DNA of 64,000 bases from an uncultured Verrucomicrobiota bacterium (lineage in GTDB: Bacteria > Verrucomicrobiota > Verrucomicrobiia > Limisphaerales > UBA1319). Shown piece after piece: positions 35,387 through 46,400 of the stretch. The notes under the pieces were generated by a model. The model was not told where the DNA came from. It saw only the letters and a program-made list of their open reading frames with translations, and made no database searches. The stretch covers positions 429 to 64,428 of the forward strand of contig CAIMWS010000526.1 of assembly GCA_903845125.1 (NCBI GenBank). The letters run 5' to 3'. The number at the start of each line of letters is the position of its first letter. Position 1 is the first letter of the stretch. Position numbers and translations under genes: made by a program.

Positions 35387-36424
35387 ATGAGTGCTGAAAA
35401 AACCATCAATGTTGGCGTCGTGGGCTGCGGCTTCATGGGCCATACCCACATCAAAGCCTACCGCAAACTGCCCGGGGCCCGCATCGCCGCCATCTGCGAT
35501 GCCTTCCGGCTGCCGCCGGACGGGGATTTCTCCGCCATCAGCGGCAACGTGGGAGACAAGGAATCGGTGAAGCTGGACATGGCCACCGTCAAAGCCTACT
35601 CGGATTACCGCGAGCTGCTGGCAAACCCGGAAATCGACCTGGTGGACGTCTGCGTCCACACCCTGCTGCATCCCGAGGTGGTGCAGGCCGCGCTGCAGGC
35701 GGGCAAGCATGTGCTGTGCGAAAAACCGATGTCCCGCACCAGCGCGCTGGGCCGGGAGATGGTGGCCGCCAGCCGCGCCAGCCGCGGTTTCCTCATGCCC
35801 GCCATGTGCATGCGTTTCTGGCCGGGCTGGTCCTGGCTGAAAACGGCCATCGCCGAAAACACCTACGGCCGGGTCTTCTCCGCGCGCTTCCGCCGCGTGG
35901 CCGAACCGCCGGGCTGGAGCAAGCAGACGTTCATGGACGGCAGCAAATCCGGTGGCGCCCTGCTGGACCTGCACATCCACGACACCGATTTCGTGCAGTT
36001 TTGCTTCGGCCGCCCCCAGGCGGTGTTCTCCCAGGGCTATACCAAGATCAGCGGCGCCATCGACCATGTGGTGACCCAATACGAGGTCGCTTCCGGCGCC
36101 ATTGTCCATGCCGAGGGATCCTGGGCCATGACCCCCGGCTTCGGCTTCAACATGTCCTACACGGTCAACTTCGAGCGGGCCACCGCCGATTTCGATTCCT
36201 CCCGCGGCGCCGACGCCCTGCGGCTGTGCGTGCTCGATCAACCGGCCCAGACCATCCGCTGCGAGGAGGGCGATGGCTACCTGGGCGAACTGCGGCACTT
36301 GTTGGAAGCCATCCGCTCGGGTCAGGCGCCCACCGCGGTCACCGCCCAGGATGGCCTGAGCGCGGTGGAAATCTGCGAGGCCGAGGAAAAGTCGATCCAA
36401 ACCGGCCAGCGGGTGGCCCTGTAA
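35387..36424 (+). CDS. Gfo/Idh/MocA-family oxidoreductase
   Basis: INVGVVGCGFMGHTH Rossmann motif and the VLCEKPM motif. The start is trimmed to ATG 35387. Confidence 0.9.
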   Translation: MSAEKTINVGVVGCGFMGHTHIKAYRKLPGARIAAICDAFRLPPDGDFSAISGNVGDKESVKLDMATVKAYSDYRELLANPEIDLVDVCVHTLLHPEVVQAALQAGKHVLCEKPMSRTSALGREMVAASRASRGFLMPAMCMRFWPGWSWLKTAIAENTYGRVFSARFRRVAEPPGWSKQTFMDGSKSGGALLDLHIHDTDFVQFCFGRPQAVFSQGYTKISGAIDHVVTQYEVASGAIVHAEGSWAMTPGFGFNMSYTVNFERATADFDSSRGADALRLCVLDQPAQTIRCEEGDGYLGELRHLLEAIRSGQAPTAVTAQDGLSAVEICEAEEKSIQTGQRVAL

Positions 36425-36434
36425 ATTCCCCGCG

Positions 36435-36458
36435 CCGGGCAGGCTGCACTCTGCCCGG
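36435..36458 (+). terminator. GC-rich hairpin downstream of the oxidoreductase gene
   Basis: CCGGGCAG gctgcact CTGCCCGG forms an 8-bp stem 11 nt after the stop. Only a weak T-rich tail (tctcggtt) follows. Confidence 0.35.
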
Positions 36459-36850
36459 TCTCGGTTGCAGCGTGGATAAAGGGTGGCGGCGGGGAAAGAT
36501 GGGGCCATCCCCTTTCTCCCCCACCCCATTACCCAGCGTGCGGAACGCTGCCTTTTGGTACCACCGGGGACGGTTCCGGCTGCTTGGGGATGGCCTCCGG
36601 AACCCCGGCCCACAAGGGCGTGATGGCCAAGCCGTGTCCAGGCCATGGGCTCCATCGAGCCAAAAGCCGGGCACTTTTTGGGCACGGCATTTGTGGTTAG
36701 CTACTCGTCCCGATCCGATCGCAACGCCTCGTTCCTGGCTCGCCTGGCTCAAAAACCTGCGGTGCAGTCACTTCCCTCCCGATTTCCAAGGAACGGCCCC
36801 GGTGGTGGAAAATCGTTGACCCCCGCCAGCCGCCGGATAAGGGTAGGGGC

Positions 36851-38539
36851 ATGCGCCTCACAAATCACTGGGCACGGTTGTGCGCCGGCCTGGCTGGGCT
36901 GGCCGGGATGATGGTGGCTGACCTCCACGCCGTGGACCTGACCCCTCCCAAAACCGTTGGGGAGCGATGGTGGCTGCGGGTTGAAACCCCGGAGGAGGAC
37001 ATCAACGAGGGGGCGCGACTGGCGGTGCTGGCGCTCTGGAACGGGGCGCGGCCCAAGGCGGGGATTGTGGTGCCGACCGTGTGCGGGGCAGGCAGTTCCT
37101 ACCCGGACTGGATCCATCCCTACGATAATTTCTGGATCAACCGGGTATCCGGCTACCTGTTCGAGCGGGAGTCCACGGAGTGGCCCATCCGCCTGTTCGC
37201 GGCGTACCAGGCCCCTTCCGGGGAGATTGGCGGTGGCATTTATGGGATACCGGACCAGGACTGGGCGGGTGGCTTCGTGGCCGCAGGAGGACTCAAAGGC
37301 TGGCAGGGCAAGATCGCGCGGCCGCTGGCGGATCACCAGGCGCTGCTGGCGAAAACCGCGGACCGGGCGAACTACGGAATCTACGTCCGCGACCATTTAT
37401 ACGTGCTCCAGGTTTACGACCAGTGGCGGATGCGCGGCCACCGGCCCTTCCTCATCGAGCTTTACCCGTCGTGCCGGCGGGCCCTTAAATATCTCGAACA
37501 AATGCGCGACCTGGACCACAACCAGCTGATTGAAACGACGGCGGTGCTTTCCGACCTGGTGGTGGCGGGGGACCAGGACATCCACTCCACCGAGCGGTCC
37601 GAAGACCAGGTGCTGGTTTACGGAGCGTTGCGGGCGTTTGCGGAAATGGCCACCGAACTGGGCGGCGCGGAGGACACCGCCTGGGCCCTCGGCTGGGCGG
37701 AAAAGATCCGGACCCGCCTGCCGGGGTTGTTCTGGCGGGAGGAGGGTCGGTTCATGTTCGGCGTCCGGCGCACGGACAAGCAGCCGGTGCTGGAGTATGT
37801 CACCACCACCTACGCCAACGGCTATGCCATCCTGTTCGGCCTCACCACCGCCGGCCAAACCCGGGCCATCCTCGATTTCATGGCCCGGCAGGAATTCGTG
37901 GTGCCCGGGCCGTACCACATCCCCCCGGTGCGCCAGGCGGATAAACCCCAAAACCCGCCCGGAGTTTACTGCAACGGGGGATGCGGCTGGGGCCGGGGCA
38001 TCATGCCTTCCGTGGCGCTGGCGGCCTTTGCGAATGGCCGCGCCGGCCTGGCCACGGGCTACCTGAAGGCCCAGGGAGCCGCCGCCCGCCAGGCGGGTTC
38101 CTTCCACGAATATTGGACCTGGGAGAAATATGCCGGCCAAACCACCCCGGGTGGCGCCCCGTGGTACGGGGAGACTTCGGCCGGTTTCCTGGATGCGCTA
38201 TTCCACGGCCTGCTGGGCTTGGAGGCCGCCGCGCCCGGCTACCGCCGCGTGCGGCTGGAGCCCCATTTCCCGGCCAGCTGGCCCCGGGCGGCCTTTTCCC
38301 TCTGCCTGCCGAATGGCTCGCGGCTGAATATCCAATACCGGTCCGAGGCGGGCCAGGCCACCCTGGAAGTCGCCGGCCCGGCGGGCCTGCCGATCACCGT
38401 GGCCCTGCCGTGGACGGGACCGGGGGAGCCGAAGATCGAAGGCGACGGGGTGCAGTCCCCCCGCCTGGAGGATGCGGCGGTGGGCCGGCGCGTGTGCGCG
38501 GAGCTCACCGGCCAGGGACGGCTTACCCTGCGGCCTTGA
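36851..38539 (+). CDS. secreted six-hairpin (alpha/alpha)6 glycosidase-like protein, family unresolved
   Basis: Signal peptide LCAGLAGLAGMMVADLHA. The C-terminal half (VYCNGGCGWGRGIM..FHEYWTW..GAPWYGETSAGFLDALFHGLLGL) resembles GH63/GH78/GDE-type toroids. Confidence 0.55.
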   Translation: MRLTNHWARLCAGLAGLAGMMVADLHAVDLTPPKTVGERWWLRVETPEEDINEGARLAVLALWNGARPKAGIVVPTVCGAGSSYPDWIHPYDNFWINRVSGYLFERESTEWPIRLFAAYQAPSGEIGGGIYGIPDQDWAGGFVAAGGLKGWQGKIARPLADHQALLAKTADRANYGIYVRDHLYVLQVYDQWRMRGHRPFLIELYPSCRRALKYLEQMRDLDHNQLIETTAVLSDLVVAGDQDIHSTERSEDQVLVYGALRAFAEMATELGGAEDTAWALGWAEKIRTRLPGLFWREEGRFMFGVRRTDKQPVLEYVTTTYANGYAILFGLTTAGQTRAILDFMARQEFVVPGPYHIPPVRQADKPQNPPGVYCNGGCGWGRGIMPSVALAAFANGRAGLATGYLKAQGAAARQAGSFHEYWTWEKYAGQTTPGGAPWYGETSAGFLDALFHGLLGLEAAAPGYRRVRLEPHFPASWPRAAFSLCLPNGSRLNIQYRSEAGQATLEVAGPAGLPITVALPWTGPGEPKIEGDGVQSPRLEDAAVGRRVCAELTGQGRLTLRP

Positions 38540-38650
38540 AGGGAAAGGACCCGCACCGGATGGCCCCGCCGCCGGCGGGAAGCCCGTGCGCCGCGCCCCC
38601 GCCAGCCACAAATGACTTGGAAAGAAAACGGGAAGAGCTAAAGTGAACTT

Positions 38651-39016
38651 ATGAAGAAGATCCTGTGTGGGATGTGCATTCTGATTGGTGGATTGGCCGG
38701 CTGCGGACAGAAGCAAGCCGCCCAGCCAGCCCCGGCCACCAATGCGCCAGCCAAGTCCAGCGTCGGCAATCCGCTGACGGCGCCGGTGGATTACATCGGT
38801 GTGATGGGCAAGGCCCAGAAGGCCGCCGTGAAAACCGTGGACCTCAGCGCGCTGAAGCAGGGGATCCAGGCTTTCAAGGCCGGCGAGGATCGCCTGCCGA
38901 AAGATTTAAACGAGCTGGTCACCTCCGGGTATTTGCCCCGCATGCCAGAGGCGCCCCGGGGCACCAAATTCACTTATAATCCCAGCACCGGCCAAGTGGG
39001 CCTGGTTCAAGAATAA
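38651..39016 (+). CDS. small lipoprotein, function unknown
   Basis: [21 protein letters not shown] contains a lipobox. The stop overlaps the guaA start (TAATG). Confidence 0.6.
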   Translation: MKKILCGMCILIGGLAGCGQKQAAQPAPATNAPAKSSVGNPLTAPVDYIGVMGKAQKAAVKTVDLSALKQGIQAFKAGEDRLPKDLNELVTSGYLPRMPEAPRGTKFTYNPSTGQVGLVQE

Positions 39017-40554
39017 TGGAACAGATCGTCATCCTGGATTTCGGATCGCAATACACGCAGGTCATTGCCCGCCGCATTCGCGAGTGCAAGGTTTATTGCG
39101 CCATTGTGCCCTGCCAGACGCCGGCGGCGGAGATCGCCAGGCTCCGGCCCAAGGGCCTGATTTTGTCGGGCGGGCCGGCCAGCGTTTACGCGCCCAGGGC
39201 GCCGCTGCCCGACGCGGGGATTTTTACGCTCGGGGCGCCGGTGCTCGGCATCTGCTACGGGCTGCAGCTGCTGGCCCAGTTCCTCGAAGGCAAGGTGGAG
39301 CCCGGCACCAAGCGTGAATACGGCAAGGGCCAGCTCACGGTGAAGGATCCCGCCTGCCCGTTGTTCAAGGGCGTGCCGGAGACCTCCCAGGTCTGGAATT
39401 CCCATGGCGACCAGCTGACGCGCCTGCCCAAGGGCTTCAAGGCGGTGGCGGTGACCGAAAACTCGCGCTACGCCGCGGTGGAGCACCGGGGCCGGAAAAT
39501 GTATGGCCTGCAATTCCACCCGGAGGTGGTGCATACCCCGAGCGGCCGGGAAATCCTGGCCAATTTTGTGCACGGCATCTGCGGCTGCGGCGGCGAGTGG
39601 ACCATGCGGCATTTCATCGACCAGGCCGTGGACGATATCCGGAGCCAGGTGGGCCCGGAAAAGGTCATTTTAGGCCTCAGCGGCGGGGTGGACTCCAGCG
39701 TGGCCGCAGCGCTCCTGCACAAGGCCCTCGGCGACCAGCTGACCTGCATTTTTGTCAACAACGGCCTGCTCCGCGCCCGGGAGGCCGAGACGGTCCAGGA
39801 AGTTTTCGGGCGCCATTTCAAGATCCACCTGGTTTACGAGGACGCCTCCCGCAAGTTCCTCCAGCGGCTCAAGGGGGTCACGGACCCGGAGCGCAAGCGC
39901 AAGATCATCGGCACGACCTTCATCGAGGTGTTCCAGGACGCCACCCACGAGGTGGGCCAGCCGCAGTTCCTGGCCCAGGGCACGCTTTACCCGGACATCA
40001 TCGAGTCCATCCCCATCGCCGGCAACCCGGCGGCCAAGATCAAGAGCCACCACAACGTGGGCGGCCTGCCCAAGAAGATGAAGCTGAAGCTGGTGGAGCC
40101 GCTCAAGTGCCTCTTCAAGGATGAGGTCCGCCAGCTCGGCCTGGAGCTGGGCCTGCCGAAGGAAATGGTTTACCGGCAGCCGTTCCCCGGGCCCGGCCTG
40201 GCCGTGCGCATCCTGGGCGAGGTGACCGCCAGCCGGCTCGAAATCCTCCGCAATGCGGATTGGGTGGTCATCGAGGAAATGAAGAAAAGCGGCTGGTATT
40301 ATAAAATCTGGCAAAGCTTCGCGGTGCTCCTGCCCGTGCGCAGCGTCGGGGTGATGGGCGATGAGCGCACGTATGATTATACCATCGCGCTGCGCGTGGT
40401 CGATTCCCAGGACGGCATGACCGCCGACTGGGTCAAGCTACCCTACGAGCTGCTCGAGACCATGTCGAACCGGATCATCAACGAGGTCAAAGGCGTCAAC
40501 CGCGTCTGCCTGGATATCTCCAGCAAGCCGCCGGCCACGATCGAGTGGGAATAG
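39016..40554 (+). CDS. guaA: GMP synthase (glutamine-hydrolysing)
   Basis: GATase domain ([23 protein letters not shown]), ATP-PPase P-loop (SGGVDSSV) and the C-terminal dimerisation domain ending KPPATIEWE. Confidence 0.97.
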   Translation: MEQIVILDFGSQYTQVIARRIRECKVYCAIVPCQTPAAEIARLRPKGLILSGGPASVYAPRAPLPDAGIFTLGAPVLGICYGLQLLAQFLEGKVEPGTKREYGKGQLTVKDPACPLFKGVPETSQVWNSHGDQLTRLPKGFKAVAVTENSRYAAVEHRGRKMYGLQFHPEVVHTPSGREILANFVHGICGCGGEWTMRHFIDQAVDDIRSQVGPEKVILGLSGGVDSSVAAALLHKALGDQLTCIFVNNGLLRAREAETVQEVFGRHFKIHLVYEDASRKFLQRLKGVTDPERKRKIIGTTFIEVFQDATHEVGQPQFLAQGTLYPDIIESIPIAGNPAAKIKSHHNVGGLPKKMKLKLVEPLKCLFKDEVRQLGLELGLPKEMVYRQPFPGPGLAVRILGEVTASRLEILRNADWVVIEEMKKSGWYYKIWQSFAVLLPVRSVGVMGDERTYDYTIALRVVDSQDGMTADWVKLPYELLETMSNRIINEVKGVNRVCLDISSKPPATIEWE

Positions 40555-40685
40555 GTCTCGCAACCGGCCAGGCCTAATCGGCAGCAAACCGTCCCGCGGT
40601 GGGGCATTCCCATTTTTCCCCCCAGCCAAGGCCGGCGCAGCCGGGCCGGCCTCCCTGCCAAGCCTGTTCAAGGCCAATCACGACC

Positions 40686-43481
40686 TCACTGGCGGTCCAG
40701 GCAATCCCGGACTGCCGTGCACAACACCCTTTCGTCGTATGGCTTGGCCAGGAAATGGACGCCGGGGCCCGTGGGTTTGGTGAGGCCGGTGGTTTCCCAG
40801 TTGTAACCGCTGGTCAGGATCACCTTCAAGCCCGGCTTTTCCCTGCGCAACCGGTCCACCAAGCCTACGCCGGACAGGCCGCCGGGCATGACCACATCGG
40901 TCAACAGCAGGTCGATCGCCGACGCCTCCTGCGCCCAGGTGGCCAGGGCTTCCGGGCCATTGGCGGCCTCGAGGACCCGGTAGCCCAGCAACCGCAGCCG
41001 CTGGGCGGCGTTGCGCCGGAACGTTGAATAATCCTCCACCAGGAGGATGGTCTCCGGACCGCCGCGGATGGCCCCTGCTTCGGAGGCTTCGTCAGGTTCC
41101 ACCTCCAAGCCGGCTTCCGCGGGAATAAAGATCCGGAAGGTGGTGCCCTGGCCGGGCTGGCTTTCCACCTCCACCCAGCCCTGGTGCTGGGCCACAATCC
41201 CGTATATGGTGGCCAGGCCCAGGCCCGTACCCTTGCCCGCCTCCTTGGTGGTGAAAAACGGCTCAAAGATCCGCTTCAAGGTGGCCGCATCCATCCCGCA
41301 GCCCGTGTCCGCCGCCGAGAAACAGGCAAACTGGCCCGACCGGCGGCCGGGGTGGGATCCGGCCGGTTCTTCGCCGAAGCAAACCAGCTGGGTGCGGATG
41401 ACCAGCCGTCCGCCAAGGGGCATGGCGTCGCGGGCGTTCACCGCCAGGTTCATCAGGATCTGCTCCATCATGCCCGGGTCCACCGCCACCGGGGGCAGAT
41501 GATCGCAGGCTTCGAAGGCGAGGTCGATATGCTCCCCGATCAGCCGCCGCAGCATCTTCAGCACCTGCTCGATCACCTCGTTCAAATCCACCACTTTGAT
41601 CTCCAGCACCGACCGCCGGCTGAAGATCAGCAGCTGCCGGGTTAGCGCCGCCGAGCGCCTGGCCTCCGACTCCACCTCCTGGACGGCCTGCCGGGCTTCC
41701 TCGTCCAGGCCGGGGTGATGGATCAGCAGGCTCAGGTTCATCATCATCGCCGAGAGGATGTTGTTGAAATCGTGCGCCACCCCGCCGGCCAGCTGGCCCA
41801 CCGCCTCCATCTTCTGGGCCTGCCGCAGCCGCTCCTCCAGCTCCCGGCGCCCGGTGATGTCCGTGGCCGTAAAGATGGCCGACTCCGCCTGCCCGTTGAT
41901 CATCACCGGGCGCACCCGCACGCCATAGGAACGCACCTGGTCATCGGGCCGGAGCCCCTGGCATTCGTATTCCTGGGGCTGGCCGGTCTCAAAAACCGCC
42001 TGCAGCACCCGGTCCAACAGCCCGTGCTGCTCCGGCAACACCCACCCATGGATCCGCGTGCCCAGGATTTTTTCCCGCTCCGCACCCGCGGTCGGGCGGT
42101 TGAGGAACAGGATGGTGCCCTGGCGATCCGTCTGCAGGATCGTATCCGGGGCGTTCTCCATCACGGTCCGCAGCTTCTGCTCGGCCTGTTTGCGCGCCGT
42201 GATGTCCTCCACCAGCGCCACGAAGTAATCGGCGGCGCCGCTGGCGCCGCGCACGCCGCGCACCGCCAGGCCGGCCTGGATCACCGTCCCGTCCGGGCGG
42301 AGGAACCGCTTTTCCAGGGCATAGCCCTCCTGCCGGCCCGCGAGCACCTGGTGGAACTGCGCCAGCTCCGCCTCCAGGTCGTCCGGGTGGGTGAGTTCCG
42401 CCCAAGTCAGCCGGCGCAGCTCGGCCCGCCCATAGCCCAGGATTTCGCACAGCCGGTCGTTGACCTCCAGCCAGCCTTTTTCCGGGGAGGTGATGCAGAT
42501 GCCGATCAAGGGCAGCTCGAACCAGCTCCGGAACCGCTGCTCGCTCCGGCGCAGGGATTCCTCCGCCGCGGCCCGCTGCCGCTCCGTCTCGTATTGATCC
42601 AGCGCGTAGGAGATATCCATCGCCACCTCCTCCAGCAGGTTGATCTCCCTGGCCTGGAAAAAGCCCGGTGCGCGCACGCACAGGCAGAGCGCCCCCTGGA
42701 CCTCGCCTTGAAAGCGCAGCGGGAAGGCGCCCCAGGAGCCGCATTTCCAACCGCCGGCGGCAGCGGCCGCGCAGAGGCACGGCTCCGGGCTGGGTTCATT
42801 GCAGAATTGGGGCCGCCCGGCCAGCAGCGCCGCCAGCAGTGGACCGGGATTCCCCGGCCCCTCTCCGGGGCAAAGCCGCGCCGCGCACGGCAGGCCCCCC
42901 CCCTCCGCCCCAAATTGGCCGGCCGGCTCCAGGCAGCCCGTGGCGGGGTCCCGCCAGGCAATCCACGCCACGTTAATCTCCCCGCGCTTCACCATCAACT
43001 GGCAAACCGCCGGGAACAGCTCCTCCCGGCTCCGGGTGCGGACAATGGCCTGGTTGACCTGGCTGAGCACATCGTAGATGCGGGTCAGGCGCCGGATTTC
43101 CTCATCCAAGGCGTGCCGGTGCAGGGCGATCTCCAGGGCGGAGCGCAGTTCGCGATCCTCGAAGGGCTTCAGGAGGTAGCCGTAAGGCTCGGCTTGCTTG
43201 GCCCGCTCGAGGGTGGAATCCTCGGAATAAGCAGTAAGGAAAACTGCGGGTATCCGGAATTGCCGGCGCAACTCCAGCGCCACCACGATGCCGTCCAGCT
43301 CCCCCTGGAGGTGAATGTCCATCAACACCAGGTCCGGCCGGGATTGCCGGGCCAGCGCCAGGGCTTGTTCCCCGGAGGCGGCCAGGCCCGCCGGCTGATA
43401 GCCCAGGGCCTCCAGCCGGTCGCCCAGATCCCGGGCCACCAGGACCTCGTCTTCGACGATCAGAATGCGCCGGCCATTCAC
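40686..43481 (-). CDS. hybrid sensor histidine kinase/response regulator (REC-GAF-PAS-PAS-HisKA-HATPase-REC)
   Basis: N-terminal REC ([15 protein letters not shown]), H-box [12 protein letters not shown]-box DTGCGM..GTGLGL, C-terminal REC ([17 protein letters not shown]). The GTG start at 43481 overlaps the upstream stop (GTGA). Confidence 0.9.
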   Translation of the reverse strand: MNGRRILIVEDEVLVARDLGDRLEALGYQPAGLAASGEQALALARQSRPDLVLMDIHLQGELDGIVVALELRRQFRIPAVFLTAYSEDSTLERAKQAEPYGYLLKPFEDRELRSALEIALHRHALDEEIRRLTRIYDVLSQVNQAIVRTRSREELFPAVCQLMVKRGEINVAWIAWRDPATGCLEPAGQFGAEGGGLPCAARLCPGEGPGNPGPLLAALLAGRPQFCNEPSPEPCLCAAAAAGGWKCGSWGAFPLRFQGEVQGALCLCVRAPGFFQAREINLLEEVAMDISYALDQYETERQRAAAEESLRRSEQRFRSWFELPLIGICITSPEKGWLEVNDRLCEILGYGRAELRRLTWAELTHPDDLEAELAQFHQVLAGRQEGYALEKRFLRPDGTVIQAGLAVRGVRGASGAADYFVALVEDITARKQAEQKLRTVMENAPDTILQTDRQGTILFLNRPTAGAEREKILGTRIHGWVLPEQHGLLDRVLQAVFETGQPQEYECQGLRPDDQVRSYGVRVRPVMINGQAESAIFTATDITGRRELEERLRQAQKMEAVGQLAGGVAHDFNNILSAMMMNLSLLIHHPGLDEEARQAVQEVESEARRSAALTRQLLIFSRRSVLEIKVVDLNEVIEQVLKMLRRLIGEHIDLAFEACDHLPPVAVDPGMMEQILMNLAVNARDAMPLGGRLVIRTQLVCFGEEPAGSHPGRRSGQFACFSAADTGCGMDAATLKRIFEPFFTTKEAGKGTGLGLATIYGIVAQHQGWVEVESQPGQGTTFRIFIPAEAGLEVEPDEASEAGAIRGGPETILLVEDYSTFRRNAAQRLRLLGYRVLEAANGPEALATWAQEASAIDLLLTDVVMPGGLSGVGLVDRLRREKPGLKVILTSGYNWETTGLTKPTGPGVHFLAKPYDERVLCTAVRDCLDRQ

Positions 43482-46400
43482 GGTTGGGGCTCCATTTCAG
43501 TGCCTTTTGGCGGGGGGAAGGCCACTTGGAAAACCGTCCCGCCCGGCTGGCCCGGGCCGGCCTCCGTGGCCGGTGCTCCGGCCCCCGGGCTGGCCAGGGT
43601 CCACTCGCCGTCCAGCTGGCTGGCGAGGTCGGTCACGAGCCGCATTCCCAGGGAAGCGGCCCGCTCGATTTTGAAATCGGGCGGCAAGCCGGCGCCGTCG
43701 TCGCTCACGCGCAGCACCAGCCGGTGGTCCGCGCCGGAATCCAGCTCCACCACCACCCGGCCGGCGCGCCCGTCCGGGAACGCATGCTTCAGCGCGTTGG
43801 AGACCAGCTCGGTGATGATCAGCCCGCAGGGCATCGACTGGTCCAGGGGCAGCCCGATACGGGCGATCCGCCGCTCCACTTGAACCCGTGCGGCCGCCGG
43901 GCCGAAGGAGCGCAGCAGCGTGTTGCACAGCTGCTCCACATAGGCCGGGAAATTGATCCGCGCCAGGTTCTCCGACCGGTAAAGGGCCTCGTGCAGCAGC
44001 GCCATCGACGACACCCGGTTCCGCGTGTCCTGCAGCGCCTCGACCGCCTCCCGGTTTTGCAGCCGGCGGCTTTGCAGGCTCAACAGGCTGTTCACAATCT
44101 GCAGGTTGTTTTTCACCCGGTGATGCACCTCCTTGAGCAGGGACACCTTCTCCTCCAGCGAACTCCGGAGCGACGCCTCCACCCGCTTCCGTTCGGTGAT
44201 GTCCTGGATCTGGGAGATGAAATGGCGGGGCTGGCCGCGCTCATCACGCACCAGCGACACGCTCAACAGCGCCCACACCACCGCGCCGGACCGGTGGAAA
44301 TACCGCTTCTCCATCTGATAGCTCTCCAGCTCCCCGGCCAGCACCCGGCTCACCAGGTCCACATCCGCCTGCAGGTCGTCCGGGTGGGTGAGCTCCTGGA
44401 AGGTCACGGCCTGCAATTCTCTTTCGGAATAACCCAGCAGCCGGCCGGCCGCAGGGTTGACCTTGAGCCAGCGGCCGTCGGGCGCCACCAGGGCCATGCC
44501 GATGGGCGCATGGCGGAAGGCGGTCTGGAAGCGTTCCTCGCTTTCCCGCAGCGCCTCCTCGGACCGCTTGCGCTCGGTGATGTCCATCACCACCCCAAGG
44601 TAACGTTCCACCCGGCCCCCGGCTCCCCGGACCGGCTGCCCGCGCGAAAGGAGCCACCGCTCGGTGCCGGCCACGCGCCATTCGAGGTTGAGCTCGGCGC
44701 CCTGCCGCACCGCCTCCTGCAGGATTGCCGTGGTGCGGGACCGGTCCTCCGGGTGCATGGTTTGCAGCCAGATTTCGTAGGAGGGTTGAACGGCGTCCCG
44801 TTCCAATCCGTAAAGGGGCCAGATCTCCTCCGACCAGTAGTTTTCGTTGCTCGCGAGTTTCCACTCCCAGGAGCCGGATTTGGCGGCCGCCTGGGCCTGG
44901 TGCAGGCGCTCCTCGCTGGCGCGGAGGGCATCCTCGGACCGCTTGCGCTCCGTGATGTCCATCACCACCCCAAGGTAGCGGTCCACCCGGCCCCCGGCCC
45001 CCGGCATGGGCTGCCCGCGTGAAAGGAGCCATCGCCCGGTGGCCGCCACCCGCCACTCGACGTTCAGCCCGGCGCCCTGCTCCACCGCCTCCCGCAGGAT
45101 TGCCGTGGTGCGGGGCTGGTCCTCCGGGTGCACGGTCTGCAGCCAGTTATCGTAAGAGGGTTGGACGGCGTGCGGTTTCAGGCCGTAAAGGGGCCAGATT
45201 TCCTCCGACCAGAAGTTTTCGTTGGTGAGCAGGTTCCATTCCCAGGATCCGGATTTGGCGGCGGCCAGCGCCTGGTGCAGGCGCTCCTCGCTGGCGCGGA
45301 GGGCTTGTTCGGTTTGTTTGCGGGCGGTGATGTCGACAAAAGACCCCAGCACACATAAGGGCTGCTGCCAGTTGTCCACCACCTGGGAACCGCTCAGCTG
45401 GACCTCGAAATGGGTGCCGTCCTTCCGGCGGCCGGACAGTTCTCCTTCCCAACCGCCCTGGGTCTGCAACGCCGAAAACACCACGCCGGCCTGTTCGGGA
45501 ACGAGCCAAAAATCCAGCACGGAACGGCCGAGCACCTCCTCCCGCCGTTCATAGCCCCACATCCGCAGAAAGGCGGTATTGACATAGGTCAGGCGGCCTT
45601 GCAGGTCCGCCATGGCGATGCCGTTGATGGAGGATTCCACCGCGCGGTCTTTCATGCGCAGGTCCGCCTCCGCCCGCTTGCGCTCGGTCACGTCCCGGTG
45701 GGCCACGAGCACCGTGCCCGGCTCGTTGGCCACCGGCGTCACCTGCATGGCGCACCAGCCTTCCCCTTGGGGCATCCGGCACATGTATTCCCGGTGGAAG
45801 GCGGGCAGCAGCCCGCGCTGGACCTGGCGGATGCCGGCATAGGCGTCGGCACTGGAAGGATCGGACTCCGCGCCGGGATCCGCCGGGAAATATGGCTCCC
45901 CCACCCCCCACGCCGTTTCGACGCGCGCCCCATTCTCCTGGCCAAACTGCCGCCAGACGGCGTTCACCTCGATGATTTTGCCGGTGGCGTCCACCACGGC
46001 CATGCTGGCCCCGGTGGAATCGAATATGCTCCGCGTAAAGGCGGCCTGCCGGCTGAGCTTCGCTTCCGCCGCCTGGCGTTCAGCGATCTCGGTCCGCAGT
46101 TGGGCATTGGCGGTTTGCAGCTCTGCTGTCCGGTCCGCCACGGCTTGTTCCAAGCCAACCTGGATCCGGCCCAACGCCGCATTTTTTTCCGCCAGCTCCC
46201 GGGTGCTTTTCCGCACGAGCCGCTGCAGCGCGGCCAGCCAGGCGGCCACCACCAGGAGCGCGGCCAGCAGGCCCAGCGCGGCGGGCCGCCAATAAAGCTT
46301 CAAATGCTCCCATGGCAGCTCCTCATCCAGCCACCGGTCGTAGATTCGTTGGTATTCCCCATTCGCCTTGATGATCATCAGGCCTTGGTTGAGCCGCTCC

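Noticed and set aside
40630-40651. GGCCGGC-gcagccgg-GCCGGCC hairpin between the convergent guaA and hybrid kinase genes.
   Set aside because: It is a plausible bidirectional terminator position. However, the 7-bp stem has no U-tract on either strand, and such GC palindromes are common in this composition.
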